Positions 1 to 12,277 of a stretch of 64,000 nucleotides of DNA are shown here, piece by piece (the stretch's first letter is position 1; the number at the start of each line of letters is the position of its first letter). Both the position numbers and the translations under genes were made by a program. The notes under the pieces are model-generated. The model did no database searches, was not told the origin of the DNA, and saw only the letters and a program-made list of their open reading frames with translations. Source of the stretch: Macrostomum lignano (Eukaryota); NCBI GenBank assembly GCA_002269645.1, contig NIVC01001011.1, positions 62,001-126,000 of the forward strand, in the 5' to 3' direction.

Positions 1-44
1 GAGACACCAACCTTGCTAGTTAGGAAGTTTCAAAGAACCCGAGG

Positions 45-99
45 GGCGAGGGCCAGGCCAGATAGAGGGGCTTCGCGAGCCGGAGTTTGCCAACCCCTG
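45..99 (-). mobile_element. Possible terminal inverted repeat of a hAT/Charlie-like non-autonomous element
   Basis: Minus strand reads CAGGGGTTGGCAAACTCCGGCTCGCG, resembling termini of hAT/Charlie-type MITEs. The partner end and TSD are not visible. Confidence 0.3.
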
Positions 100-235
100 C
101 TCCAGAGTTTAAGAAATCAATGGGAAACTGTTGACGCGGGCTTCTGATTTCAAAGATCTTGTCTGTGGTTGAAGGCTTCTATTCTGTTTTTGCTCTCCTG
201 CCACACTTGCACCTCCCCCTGATTGCCTCTGATTG

Positions 236-548
236 TGACTTACTTCCCTCTTATTGCGACTTACCTAATCCTTTTTGTGACTTACCTAATCCTTTTGCGA
301 CTTACCTAACCCTTTTGCGACTTACCTAATCCTTTTGCGACTTACCTGATTCTTTTTGCGACTTACCTAATCCTTTTTGCGACTTACCTAATCCTTTTTG
401 CGACTTACCTAATCCTTTTGCGACTTAGCTGATCCTTTTGCGACTTACCTAATCCTTTTTGCGACTTACCTAACCCTTTTGCGACTTACCTGATTCCTGT
501 TGCGACTTACCTGATCCTTTTTGCGACTTACCTGATTATTTTTACAAC
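236..548 (-). repeat. ~21-bp minisatellite containing AG|GTAAGT on the minus strand
   Basis: About 14 copies of GCGACTTACCTAATCC(T)TTTT. An isolated matching TTTTGCGACTTACC lies at 671-684. Confidence 0.9.
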
Positions 549-2458
549 TTAGTTTGCTTCTTTTGCGAATTGTTTTTCTTTTGCTTCACCATTTTCCCTG
601 AACTGCTCTTTCTTTTGCTTTCCTCTTGCCTTTCTTGGTTCTTGTGTTTTTCTGTTTTTGGTTGACTCAATTTTGCGACTTACCCCTGGTCAGCCACAAT
701 TTACGGTGGCCGGATCGGCCAGGTCGGCCAGCAGTTGCGCATGTATGATGCTGACCTTCCTATCAAAGTATTTTGCAAGTTATTGGCCAAAAGACTTCTG
801 GCCACCTTTGTCACTAGATCTTAATCCACTAGATTATTATTTCTAGGTGCAAATGGAGTGTGAGCTATGTCGCATATCTCACCACAATCTCAAGTTGTTT
901 CACACCTCCATCTCAAAAGCATGTGATAAAATCCCATCAGCTGAAGTGCAAAAAGCTGTTGGTAGATTTCAAGCTAGGCTGTAGAAAATTGTAGAAGTAG
1001 ATGGCAGTTACGTTAAATAAATTTGTTCCTGATAGTGTTGATCATTTACCCAATGCATTTTTGCTCTGCACTTTTGCTTGTTTGAATCAAGTCAAAATAT
1101 ACTCAGTACTAGAAAGTGTGACGTTTCAATGGATCCACCTTGTATCTATCACTCTAGCTACTGCTCCATTTACTTCTCTATAAACTGCTCTATCTAGTGC
1201 TCAGAGGCACTGTGTTCTAGTACCAATTCAAACTCAATGTCATAAGAAAATAAAATAAAATAATATCACAAAGCATACTAGAAGCAAACCATATTATCAT
1301 ACTGACATTTGATATACATCAAGTTATTAGCAAGCTCAATTTTAAATAATCATTGTTTTTCTTTCTACTATTATCATAGTATACATTTAACAAGTTATAA
1401 TATTAGCATTAATAGATAAACTAGTATAAATATGCCTACTAGATACTAATTAGGCTTAATTTCAAATCTCAATTGAATCTCAATTATCTCAAAAGTAATA
1501 GATCTCAAGTCTAAAAAATCTCAACAATTTGATATTGTCTGACCCTAATACTTATGTCTATAGTTATAGTCATATACAAATGGTCATTTCTATCTGTTCT
1601 TAGGGCATATATGCAAATCTTACATGCAAGTTAAATCTGTAAAAAACTAAGAAATCATTTTATAGTTTGTTTTTTTGAGCTAAATAAAAAATTGAGATTT
1701 AATATTATCAACAAATATTTTTGTTATATTCGTAACCATATCTTTTCCAAAACCCTATGTATATAAGCCTATATATGAGCCTATTTCACCACAAATAAAA
1801 CAGACCTTCTCCCATTTTGCAAACTCTTGCTTATGTTCTCAGATAAAAACTACTTAAAAATATAGAATTCTTAAATAAGTTATTCAATTTGGAGTCACTA
1901 GACTGAATAAGATTTGCAGTGCTAAGTGCTATTATAGGCCTATAGTTATATCCTATATACTAAAAATACTAGGTCTATTTTCAAATATAGGATTATAGTT
2001 ACTTAGTGAATTTTCCACTCAAAGATTTTCTGGATTTATCCCTGATTAAAAAATAGGGATAGAGTGAAATATGTATCCTATTACTAGTTTACCTTGGTCA
2101 GCTTTGTCATTTCTATAAGTCTGGCAGAAATCCAACAATATTCTTAGCTTAATGCTTGAACCAAATTTTGTATAGTTAGTTTTACTGCCATTGATAAATA
2201 CTCACATTGCAAAGCTTGCTATTAAATATTCATATACAAGCTATTAAAACCTGCAGATTTTTAACTCACTGAGTTCTAATCCTTAGAACATTTTTGCAAA
2301 TAACTATAACTATAATTAATAACTCAAACAAAAACTTGTTAATAGTTAGGATATAAGTTTGAAGAAATGGAACCTCATTTTGGAAATATTTCAGCCTTAA
2401 ATTCTGTCAGATTTTATCTGGTTTGCTGAAGTTATTACAACAAAATATTAGTGAGCCA

Positions 2459-4121
2459 ATGTCTGCAAATAATGATGCCACAGCTTACGAACAGTGCCTT
2501 AGACGATCGCTGGCTGCAATTCTGATTGACTGTGGATTTCAATCCAGTACTAGAAGGTGTCTTCGCTTACTCCAGGTTAGCTTATTTGCTGGTTATTGTG
2601 TAATAGCACTCGAGAATCACATTGGCCGCCCCAAAGCCCTTAAGAATGGCTTTAGACACCTTGTTGAAACCCAACAAGTCATGGTGTTAGCGCTTAACTG
2701 TCTACTAGCTCAAGTAGACCAAATGGTAAACTCAGTAATTCTACAGACTTTATCACGGCTCAGTTACAACTCTACGGCTCAAGACTGGGATCGCTTTCAT
2801 AAGTCCGAAATTTCACAACGCCGAAAGCTGACTGCATGGTCCGTTTCGGTCTTCTGAAGCCCCCCCCCCCTAGAGTCATTATAGAAGCGTCACCCCAGAG
2901 TCGCTTGCGTCACCCCAGAGTCGCTTGCGTCACCCCAGAGTCGCTTGCATCACCCCAGAGTCGCTTGCGTCACCCCAGAGTCGCTTGTATCACCCCAGAG
3001 TCGCTTGCATCACCCCAGAGTCGCTTGCATCACCCCAGAGTCGCTTGCATCACCCCAGAGTCGCTTGCATCACCCCAGAGTCGCTTGCATCACCCCAGAG
3101 TCGCTTGCATCACCCCAGAGTCGCTTGCATCACCCCAGAGTCGCTTGCATCACCCCAGAGTCGCTTGCATCACCCCAGAGTCGCTTGCGTCACCCCAGAG
3201 TCGCTTGCGTCACCCCAGAGTCGCAGACAATAAAACGCCCCAAATTGACTCTTAAACCGCACGGTTGATGCCCCGAACTGCAGAACCCGCACCATTTGCA
3301 CCAATCAGGCCGCTCTCGAGCACTTTCTCAGCCAAGTTGGCCAAAGCGCCCGAGCCTACGCTGAGGCCTGCGGCCGTACCCAGCCAGTACTTGGCGACGC
3401 CACAATGGCTCTGGTTGACTATGGCGTCACCGTATCCTCGCTAATCGATTTCGCCAGACAGCCCAGACCAGCTGGCACTGGCGGGCAGCAGCAGCGTCAG
3501 CAGCGCAACATACCGGCTGTGTTTGGCCACGACTGGCTGGCTGAAGCCGCTCTGAAGCGGCAATCTACAGCTGCTACTAGCGATAGAAGAGCTCAGCAGC
3601 TGACAGACAGGCCCAATCACATCCCGGATCATCTGCCGCCTTATCCGCGGCCGCACACATTCGTATCAACGCCTGCATTCCGTCTGCGCCGTTGTCATCA
3701 ACAACAGCGAGCTTTGGACGATATTAGCACTAATCATCACAATACTACTAATAATAGTAGTAATAGCGATCCGTTAGACGATCTGCTAGATCAGCAATAC
3801 GACGATGTTGACGTTTATCGTCGACGCGGCGCCGAGCACCGACGCCAGACAGAGCTGTCGCTAACCAGATTTCTAGCCGCCACTGGCCAGACTCATTCCC
3901 TGTTCCCAGACGAATTGACTGCTGTGGCTACAGCAGCTTCTAATCCGTTTCGATTGACAGCTAACGAGCTCAGTGCTAGGCCCTATGTGGCCGCTCTGAC
4001 TGGTGGCGATGTTCAACGGCATCAGAGCTCAGAATCTGCCAGTCCTTCATCTCTGTCGCCTGGGAAGCCGCGGCCGAATCACCCGAATCCTTATCTTAGG
4101 CCGGCTAAATTCCCGCTGTAA
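2459..4121 (+). CDS. TAF8: TFIID subunit 8 (TAF8), 2 exons: 2459-2575, 3309-4121 (309 aa)
   Basis: Exon 1 MSANNDATAYEQCLRRSLAAILIDCGFQS ends CAG|GTTAGC. Exon 2 follows AATCAG| (phase 0) and reads AALEHFLSQVGQSARAYAEACGRTQPVLGDATMALVDYG, completing the histone-fold/bromodomain-associated region. It then has PNHIPDHLPPYPRPHTFVSTP and TELSLTRFLAATGQTHSLF, matching the TAF8 C-terminal domain. AATAAA near 4200. Confidence 0.9.
2887..3222 (+). repeat. 20-bp minisatellite in the TAF8 intron
   Basis: About 17 tandem copies of CACCCCAGAGTCGCTTGC(A/G)T. Confidence 0.95.
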
Positions 4122-4281
4122 AGGTGTTTTTTTGTTAATTTAACATTTGTGTTTTTCGGCGCTGGTTCTGTTGATAATTTCATCCATTTGGACATACGAA
4201 ATAAAATCGCTAATTAACACTAATTGTTTTTTTTTAAATATGAATCATTTTCTCTTTTTTCTCTATTTTCTAATTTTCAGT

Positions 4282-7200
4282 ATGTCAGGATGTTAGTATC
4301 TAGTCTATATTTAGTGTAATTTTATAATAATTAACTGCATCATTCCTTTAGTGACCCCCTTGCCCCCCAAAGTCCCTTAGTGACCCCCACCGTTCCCCCA
4401 CAGTCATTTAGTGACCCCCTTGCCCCCCTCCCAAAGTCCTGCCCCCTCACAGTCCTTTAGTGACCCCGCTGCTCCCTCACAGTCCTTTAGTGATCGCTCC
4501 CGCTGCCCCCTCACAGTCCTGATTAACCCTGCTGCCCCCTCACAGTCTTTTAGTGACCCTGCAGCCCCCTCAAGTCCTTTAGTGACCCTGCTGCCCCCTC
4601 AGTCTTAGTGACCCCCGCTGCCCCCTCACAGTCTTTTAGTGACCCCCGCTGCCCCCTCACAGTCTTTTAGTGACCCTGCTGCCCCCTCAAGTCCTTTAGT
4701 GACCCTGCTGCCCCCTCAGTCTTAGTGACCCCCGCTGCCCCCTTACAGTCTTTTAGTGACCCCCGCTGCCCCCTCACAGTCTTTTAGTGACCCCTGCTGC
4801 CCCCTCACAGTCTACTGGAAGTAGTGCACATTAAATTAGATATTGTACATTTTCAGCAGCGATGCGGCTTCGCTGCCAGAATCTGGACGCTTTGCTGCGG
4901 TCTATCGGCGAACTGGAGGAATCCTGCGGCGCAGATTTTTGTACATCAACCAGACGCTCTCTGACCAAGTATGTCGCCGAATTAGTCGCCTCATCGACTG
5001 ATAGCTGCGGCGTTGTTCGACCTCATCGACTGGGACAGCGTCGCCGATTTCAGCCACTGTTTCGCGATCGCGATAATTCGTCGTCTTTGTCGCACCAAGA
5101 CCGTCGCCTGCTAGACTGGGACGGTACACCGCACATTGTGGTGATGACCGACTATCGCTGGTGCTCCATGCGAGCTCCGAAGTCCATCGGGAGAAATCGA
5201 ACTCAACCGGTGCTGCTCATGCATAGGAGACGGGGCGGCAGGGTTACTGGCGATTCTGGTGTTGGCGCGGGTTTAGATACCTGTGCTAGAACAGGTGTGT
5301 CTGCCGATGATGGCACCGGTTTGAGCACAGGTATCTGCACCGGTATGAGCACAGGTGTCGGAACCGGTATGAGCACAGGTGTTGGCACCGGTATGAGCAC
5401 AGGTGTCGGCACCGGTATGAGCATAGGTATGAGCGCAGGTGTCGGCACCGGTATGAGCACAGGTGTCGGCACCGGTATGAGCACAGGTGTCGGGACCGGT
5501 TGTACCGCCTGCGTTATAATTAAAGCTGTGATGCGATTTCCTCAATACCGGTTAAATATCAACGACCGGGGTCTGCAATCCCTGGTCAGTCACCGGTTGC
5601 GCTACCTGATGTCGCGCGGTCAGTACCCTGGCGAAGTGTGGTACTATGCCTATTTCCCTTCGGCCAAGGAGCACAACCACGTCATGCTGGCCTCCGCTCC
5701 CGGAGTTTATCTGCCCAAGGCGATGTCGGATCTGTCCGACAATTCCCGTCTGATCACTTTAGATTTGTCCGGTCTACCAGTTGCTAAGCAACCAGCCGAT
5801 GCTTCGGTTGAGATCGAAGATTCCACTATTAGCTTTGGTGGGTAGCTTTTAACACCTTTCGTGCACGTTTGTAATGTTTTTTACTCTTTAGCCATCCTTC
5901 ACCTACTAATCAGCCATCCCTTCAGCTACCCTTCAGCCATCCCCTCAGCTACCCTTCAGCCATCCCCTCAGCTACCCTTCAGCCATCCCCTCAGCTACCC
6001 TTCAGCTATCCCCTCAGCTACCCTTCAGCCACCCCTCAGCTACCCTTCAGCCATCCCTCAGCTACCCTTCAGCCATCCCCTCAGCTACCCTTCAGCCATC
6101 CCTCAGCTACCCTTCAGCCATCCCTCAGCTACCCTTCAGCCATCCCCTCAGCTACCCTTCAGCCATCCCTCAGCTACCCTTCAGCCATCCCTCAGCTACC
6201 CTTCAGCTATCCCCTCAGCTACCCTTCAGCCACCCCTCAGCTACCCTTCAGCCATCCCCTCAGCTACCCTTCAGCCATCCCCTCAGCTACCCTTCAGCCA
6301 TCCCCTCAGCTACCCTTCAGCCATCCCTCAGCTACCCTTCAGCTATCCCCTCAGCTACCCTTCAGCCACCCCTCAGCTACCCTTCAGCCATCCCCTCAGC
6401 TACCCTTCAGCCATCCCTTCAGCTACCCTTCAGCCATCCCCTCAGCTACCCTTCAGCCATCCCCTCAGCTACCCTTCAGCCACCCCTCAGCTACCCTTCA
6501 GCCACCCCTCAGCTACCCTTCAGCAATCTCCGATACAATCCAACGAAGCCCATGTCGAGAAACGCTTATTAAAATGTTTACTCTAATCATTGCAGATAAT
6601 CATCAGAGCAGCCTCAGACTGTTGCGTCAGCTGGACATGACAGACTGCGTAGTCAGATCGGAGACCAGCTTCCTAGCTTTGCTGCATCGCCTGCAGCAGT
6701 ATCTGACTCAGCAGCGTCAGCAATCCACCAAGCCACGGCAGCCGTCCAACCTTCGGGCCGGTTGTCTCGGTGCCCGCATCAACTGGCACGCTTCTCTTGA
6801 TGGCGTGGATTTGGATCATAGCGATGAGATTGATGGCGAGCAATCGGGCATGTGTGGAGATTTTCTTGACGAGATTGTGAGTTCCTTGGTAATTAGGATA
6901 CTGATTCTCAAGGGTGGTACTGCCACCAACTCAACCCATTGTGTCCATAGACTGCGACCAACTCAACCCAGTGTGTCCATAGACTGCCACCAACTCAACC
7001 CATTGTGTCCAGAGACTGCCAACAACTCAACCCATTGTGTCCATAGACTGCCACCAACTCAACCCAGTGTGTCCATAGACTGACACCAACTCAGCCCATC
7101 GTGTCCATAGACTGCCACCAACTCAACCCATTGTGTCCATAGACTGCCACCAACTCAATCCATTGTGTCCATAGACTGCCACCAACTCAACCCAGTGTGT

Positions 7201-8921
7201 CCATAGACTGACACCAACTCAACCCATTGTGTCCAGAGACTGCCACCAACTCAACCCAGTGTGTCCATAGACTGACACCAACTCAACCCATTGTGTCCAG
7301 AGACTGCCACCAACTCAACCCAGTGTGTCCATAGACTGACACCAACTCAACCCATTGTGTCCAGAGACTGACACCAACTCAACCCATTGTGTCCATAGAC
7401 TGACACCAACTCAACCCATTGTGTCCATAGACTGCCATTAACTCAACCCAGTCTGTCCATGGACTGCTAACACCTCAACCCAGCCCGTCCATGGACTGCT
7501 AACACCTCAACCCAGTCTGTCCATGGACTGCTTCCACCTCAACCCAGTCTGTCCATGGACTGCTGACACCTCAACCCAGTCTGTCCATGGACTGCTGACA
7601 CTTCAACCCACTCTGTCCATGGACTGCGCTAACATCTCAACCCAGTGTGTCCATGGACTGCTAACACCTCAACCCAGTCTGTCCATGGACTGCTGACACC
7701 TCAACTCGGTCTGTCCATGGACTGCTGACACTTCAACCCACTCTGTCCATGGACTGCGCTAACATCTCAACCCAGTGTGTCCATGGACTGCTAACACCTC
7801 AACCCAGTCTGTCCATGGACTGCTGACACCTCAACTCGGTCTGTCCATGGACTGCTGACACCTCAACCCAGTCTGTCCATTGACTGCTGACACCTCAACT
7901 CGGTCTGTCCATGGACTACTAACACAACCCAGTCCGTCCATGGACTGCTAACACCTCAACCCAGTCTGTCCATGGACTGCTGACACCTCAACCCAGTCTG
8001 TCCATGGACTGCTTCCACCTCAACCCAGTCTGTCCATTGACTGCTGACACCTCAACCCGGTCTCTCTATGGACTACTAACACAACCCAGTCCGTCCATGG
8101 ACTGCTAACACCTCAACCCAGTCTGTCCATGGACTGCTAACACCTCAACCCAGTCTGTCCATGGACTGCTAACACCTCAACCCAGTCTGTCCATGGACTG
8201 CTTCCACCTCAACCCAGTCTGTCCATGGACTGCTTCCACCTCAACCCAGTCTGTCCATGGACTGCTAACACCTCAACCCAGTCTGTCCATGGACTGCTTC
8301 CACCTCAACCCAGTCGTCCATTGACTGCTAACACCTCAACCCAGTCTGTCCATGGACTGCTTCCACCTCAACCCAGTGTGTCCATGGACTGCTTCCACCT
8401 CAACCCAGTGTGTCCATGGACTGCTTCCACCTCAACCCAGTGTGTCCATGGACTGCCACCACCTCAAGTGTGAAAATGTGCTTGCATGTGTATCCGTGTG
8501 CGTCTCTGCCTGCTCTGGAATCAATTGGATGTTCAATATAATTTTTTTATTATGGTTTTTAAGACGCTGCATAATGGTTGAATACTTTCAGGATGAAATC
8601 ACCGACATGGATAATGGTTCCGACAGCCGGTTAGACACGGATTGCCAGCTATCTAGCGTCGATCAAGATGAGAGCGGTGCAACTAAAATTGGTAATTGGA
8701 AACCTCGCAGAGGTCGCCCGCTGAAAGATCCGCTGCTGCCGAGGCCCGCCCGCCTCACAGCGTCCGAAGTTCGCCGGTTTCACTGCGTCAACGCCCGCGA
8801 AAGGGTGACTGCGGCTTCGTCTATGGCAGAGCGCCTCGAGGCCGCGGAAGCCAGGATTGACCGTCTGGAGAGCCAGGTGTCTCAGCTCACCTCACTGATT
8901 GGCTGCGATCCTACCAGCTGA
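4282..8921 (+). CDS. Uncharacterised multi-exon protein (~530 aa) with C-terminal AT-hook-like motif and coiled coil. Exons 4282-4291 (putative), 4857-5837, 6596-6876, 8592-8921
   Basis: Phase-compatible junctions: ATGTCAGGAT|GTTAGT ... TTTTCAG|CAGCGATG; TTTG|GTGGGT ... ATTGCAG|AT; GAGATT|GTGAGT ... TTTCAG|GAT. The last exon encodes KPRRGRPLKDP then NARER...RLEAAEARIDRLESQVSQLTSLI. No family recognised. Confidence 0.6.
4350..4811 (+). repeat. ~33-35-bp C-rich minisatellite
   Basis: Tandem GTGACCCCCGCTGCCCCCTCACAGTCTTTTA variants. Confidence 0.9.
5311..5500 (+). repeat. In-frame 24-bp repeat (GMSTGVGT)n inside the ORF
   Basis: About 7-8 copies of GGCACCGGTATGAGCACAGGTGTC. The frame is preserved, so it may be coding or a small intron. 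Confidence 0.8.
5910..6525 (+). repeat. ~23-bp pyrimidine-rich minisatellite (intronic)
   Basis: Tandem CTACCCTTCAGCCATCCCCTCAG variants. Confidence 0.9.
6920..8465 (+). repeat. ~32-33-bp minisatellite (intronic), two sub-types
   Basis: CAACTCAACCCA(T/G)TGTGTCCATAGACTGCCAC units to ~7440, then CACCTCAACCCAGTCTGTCCATGGACTGCT(A/G)A units. Confidence 0.9.
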
Positions 8922-9500
8922 CCTCCGTGACCTCTGATTGCTGTGATCCTACCAGCTGACCTCCGTGACCTCTGATTGGCTGCGATCCCACCAGCTTACC
9001 TCCGTGACCTCTGATTGCTGCGATCGAACCAACTGACCTCTGTGACCTCTGATTAGCTGCGATCCCACCAGCTTACCTCCGTGACCTCTGATTGCTGCGA
9101 TCGAACCAACTGACCTCTGTGACCTCTGATTAGCTGCGATCCCATCAGCTGACCTCCGTGACCTCTGATTGGCTGCGATCCCACCAGCTTACCTCCGTGA
9201 CCTCTGATTGGCTGCGATCCCACCAGCTTACCTCCGTGACCTCTGATTGCTGTGATCCTACCAGCTGACCTCCGTGACCTCTGATTGGCTGCGATCCCAC
9301 CAGCTTACCTCCGTGACCTCTGATTGGCTGCGATCCCACCAGCTTACCTCCGTGACCTCTGATTGGCTGCGATCCCACCAGCTTACCTCCGTGACCTCTG
9401 ATTGCTGTGATCCTACCAGCTGACCTCCGTGACCTCTGATTGGCTGCGATCCCACCAGCTTACCTCCGTGACCTCTGATTGCTGTGATCCTACTTGATGA
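8885..9500 (+). repeat. 38-39-bp minisatellite starting in the last codons of the upstream gene
   Basis: About 15-16 copies of CCACCAGCTTACCTCCGTGACCTCTGATTGGCTGCGATC. Confidence 0.9.
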
Positions 9501-10234
9501 CCTATTTTGGCCTCTGGTTGTTTTCAAGCCTTAATCTTGGTTCCTGCAAATCTATTATACATCGGGTGACCTCTTTTGTCCTCTGATTGATTTTAAGGAA
9601 ATCTGATGGTCAACGTGACCTTCACTGACCCCTAGTTACCAGGTGACCTCAATTGACCTCTCCAACTATTGGTTTTGCGTGTTGCTTTCAGTTTCAGAAC
9701 GGTGTTTTCCGTCTGTCTTTCATTTTGTACTTATTAAGAATCGCAATAGTGTATTAGTTTACCTGGCTACCTATATTTATTATGCATGTACTTTTCAGTC
9801 CTCTTCGCTCTAATTAGTGCACTTTTATATTTAGTCGCTTAACGTTTTATAATCCCTCGCTGTTAATAATGCTTTGTGCAATCAGTTTTACAACTCAGAC
9901 AGAGATGCTTCTCTAAGTCCAATGTACCCAGCTTTTAGATTATTATATTATTACTATCGATTTCTAAATTAATTCTGTCTAGCAGATCTTTTCGACATCT
10001 TTTCCAATATTGTACACCAAATAGTGTTGATAAATAGACGAATTTAAACATAATTGTACTATTTGTTTACTTTTTTCATTCACTTTTAATAACAAATTAT
10101 ATCTTACAATTGTAGGGAGGTAATTTTACGAATAAGTATTAAACGATTTTTCGGATTTACATTTAAGATTTTTAGAGTAATATTTGTTATAACTCAGTAT
10201 TATCTACGGACTAGCCTAGGGTTTAAAATTATGG

Positions 10235-10650
10235 ATTATCAGAGGATTAACTGGATTCGAATTGGGGATCGTCAGAGGATTAACTGGATTCAAATTGGGG
10301 ATCGTCAGAGGATTATCTGGATTCGAATTGGGGATCGTCAGAAAATTAGCTTGTTTTGATTGAATTTGGGATTATCAGGGGATTAGCTTGTTTTGAATTG
10401 GGGATCATCAGGGGATTGGCTTGTTTTGAATTTGGGATTATCAGAGGATTAGCTTGTTTTGAATTGGGGATCATCAGGGGATTAGCTTGTTTTGAATTTG
10501 GGATTATCAGAGGATTAACTGGATTTGAATTTTGGATCATCAGAGGATTAACTGGATTCGAATGGGGATTATCAGAGGATTAACTGGATTCGAATGGGGG
10601 ATTATCTGAGGATTAGCCTGCTTTGAATTGGGGAGTTATTAGAGGATTAG
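10235..10650 (+). repeat. ~33-bp minisatellite
   Basis: GGATTAACTGGATTCGAATTGGGGATCGTCAGA and GGATTAGCTTGTTTTGAATTGGGGATCATCAGG variants. Confidence 0.85.
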
Positions 10651-10761
10651 CAATACTTTACTCAATATTTTTCTTAGATAAGCCACGTTTATGAGCAAAG
10701 GGCCCAATCCTAGCTCAAAGTTGGGATGCCCTAAACTCCAAACCCTAAACTCCATCATCTC

Positions 10762-10992
10762 ATGGCTCCCAAAGGAGTGGGCACTTCCTGTGCGAAACGC
10801 CGCAACGTGCGCGAGCCGGGCGTCCGGGCCGCCTACCAGGCAGCCGACGTGGCCGGGAATCGAGGCCAGGACGACATTGACTCACTGATCAGCTTCATCG
10901 AGGGGCCTCCTCAGGCTGCTGGGAAAAAAGCTGCGAAGAAAAAGTCGGAGAAGGATAGCGGCGCTGTCAAGACTAACGAAACAAAGACTTGA
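10762..10992 (+). CDS. Shortest paralogue (76 aa) of the tandem trio; may be a pseudogene or microprotein
   Basis: Encodes YQAADVAGNRGQDDIDSLISFIEGPPQAAGKKAAKKK, nearly identical to the C-terminus of 12890-13420, with the same stop position. Confidence 0.5.
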   Translation: MAPKGVGTSCAKRRNVREPGVRAAYQAADVAGNRGQDDIDSLISFIEGPPQAAGKKAAKKKSEKDSGAVKTNETKT

Positions 10993-11169
10993 GTAATCGT
11001 TGTTTATGATTTATTTCCTTGCCAACTGAGAACAGATATTAAAGTATTGTTGAGCTTTGGTTACCCGAGTATGTGAAAAACAATAATAGTGAAACTTTAG
11101 CATCCGCTTTTGCTTTCCCGACTCTTTCCTCTCAGTGCCTCTTGTCTATCTCGTTACAATTTGATTACT

Positions 11170-11705
11170 ACGTCTCCTCATCCCAGTCTCACCATCTCCC
11201 TACCCTCATCTCCCTACCTCAGTCTCCCTCATCTCCCTACCTCAGTCTCCCTCATCTCCCTACCTCAGTCTCCCTCATCTCCCTACCCTCATCTCCCTAC
11301 CTCAGTCTCCCTCATCTCCCTACCTCAGTCTCCCTCATCTCCCTACCTCAGTCTCCCTCATCTCCCTACCTCAATCTCCCTCATCTCCCTACCTCAGTCT
11401 CCCCCATCTCCCTACCTCAATCTCCCTCATCTCCCTACCTCAGTCTCCCTCGTCTCCCTACCTCAGTCTCCCTCATCTCCCTACCTCAGTCTCCCTCGTC
11501 TCCCTACCTCGATCTCCCTCATCTCCCTACCTCAGTCTCCCTCGTCTCCCTACCTCAATCTCCCTCATCTCCCTACCTCAGTCTCCCTCGTCTTCCTACC
11601 TCGATCTCCCTCATCTCCCTGCCTCAGTCTCCCTCATCTCCCTACCTCAGTCTCCCTCGTCTCCCTACCTCTCCTTCATCTCCCTTCCTCTCCTTCATCT
11701 CCCTA
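11170..11705 (+). repeat. 22-bp C/T minisatellite inserted in the 3' flank of the shortest paralogue
   Basis: Tandem CTCCCTACCTCAGTCTCCCTCAT-like units. It interrupts sequence that is otherwise homologous to the flank after 13420. Confidence 0.9.
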
Positions 11706-12277
11706 GCTCGTAAAAAACTCGTAATATATACTACTAAACTCACTGTCTACTAAAAGTAGTACAAAGCGTGGTATTTCGACAGTTACAGTAAAATGCATTC
11801 TGGTTTTTACTGTTTTATAAATTCACACAATCGAAATTGGTATTTTTATTTTTTGCCAATCAGCTTTTTTATTGTTTTTTTACGTTAATTATAAGCAGTC
11901 AGATTTGCCTTGTGCAATGTTGTCAAAATTAGTGTATTCCATACTGCACTACCAAACTGTATTCAAGTCTAATCTGGCATCAACTGCTTATGCGAATGGA
12001 ACTTACCTTGTGTCTTTTTATATATTCTCTTTTATTCAAGTTATAATTTCTTTGACGCTTTGTGTTTATTTTTTTAGAGCTAGTTTTTTGTTATAATCTG
12101 TCAATCAGCGGTAAAGAAGGAAGCCACAGAAAATATATGTATATTCAGAAATATGCGGTTTTTTGTTGCTCGTCTTTTATTTTACTCGTTTTATCGATCA
12201 ACTGGTAGCAAGTTAGGCAGAGCTGGTATCGGTTAGGACGAAGGATGATATATATCAACTGGTTTGTCAGACTAATA

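Noticed and set aside
2423-3268. ORFs through the TAF8 intron and its repeat
   Set aside because: Explained by TAF8 exon 1 read-through and the 20-bp minisatellite.
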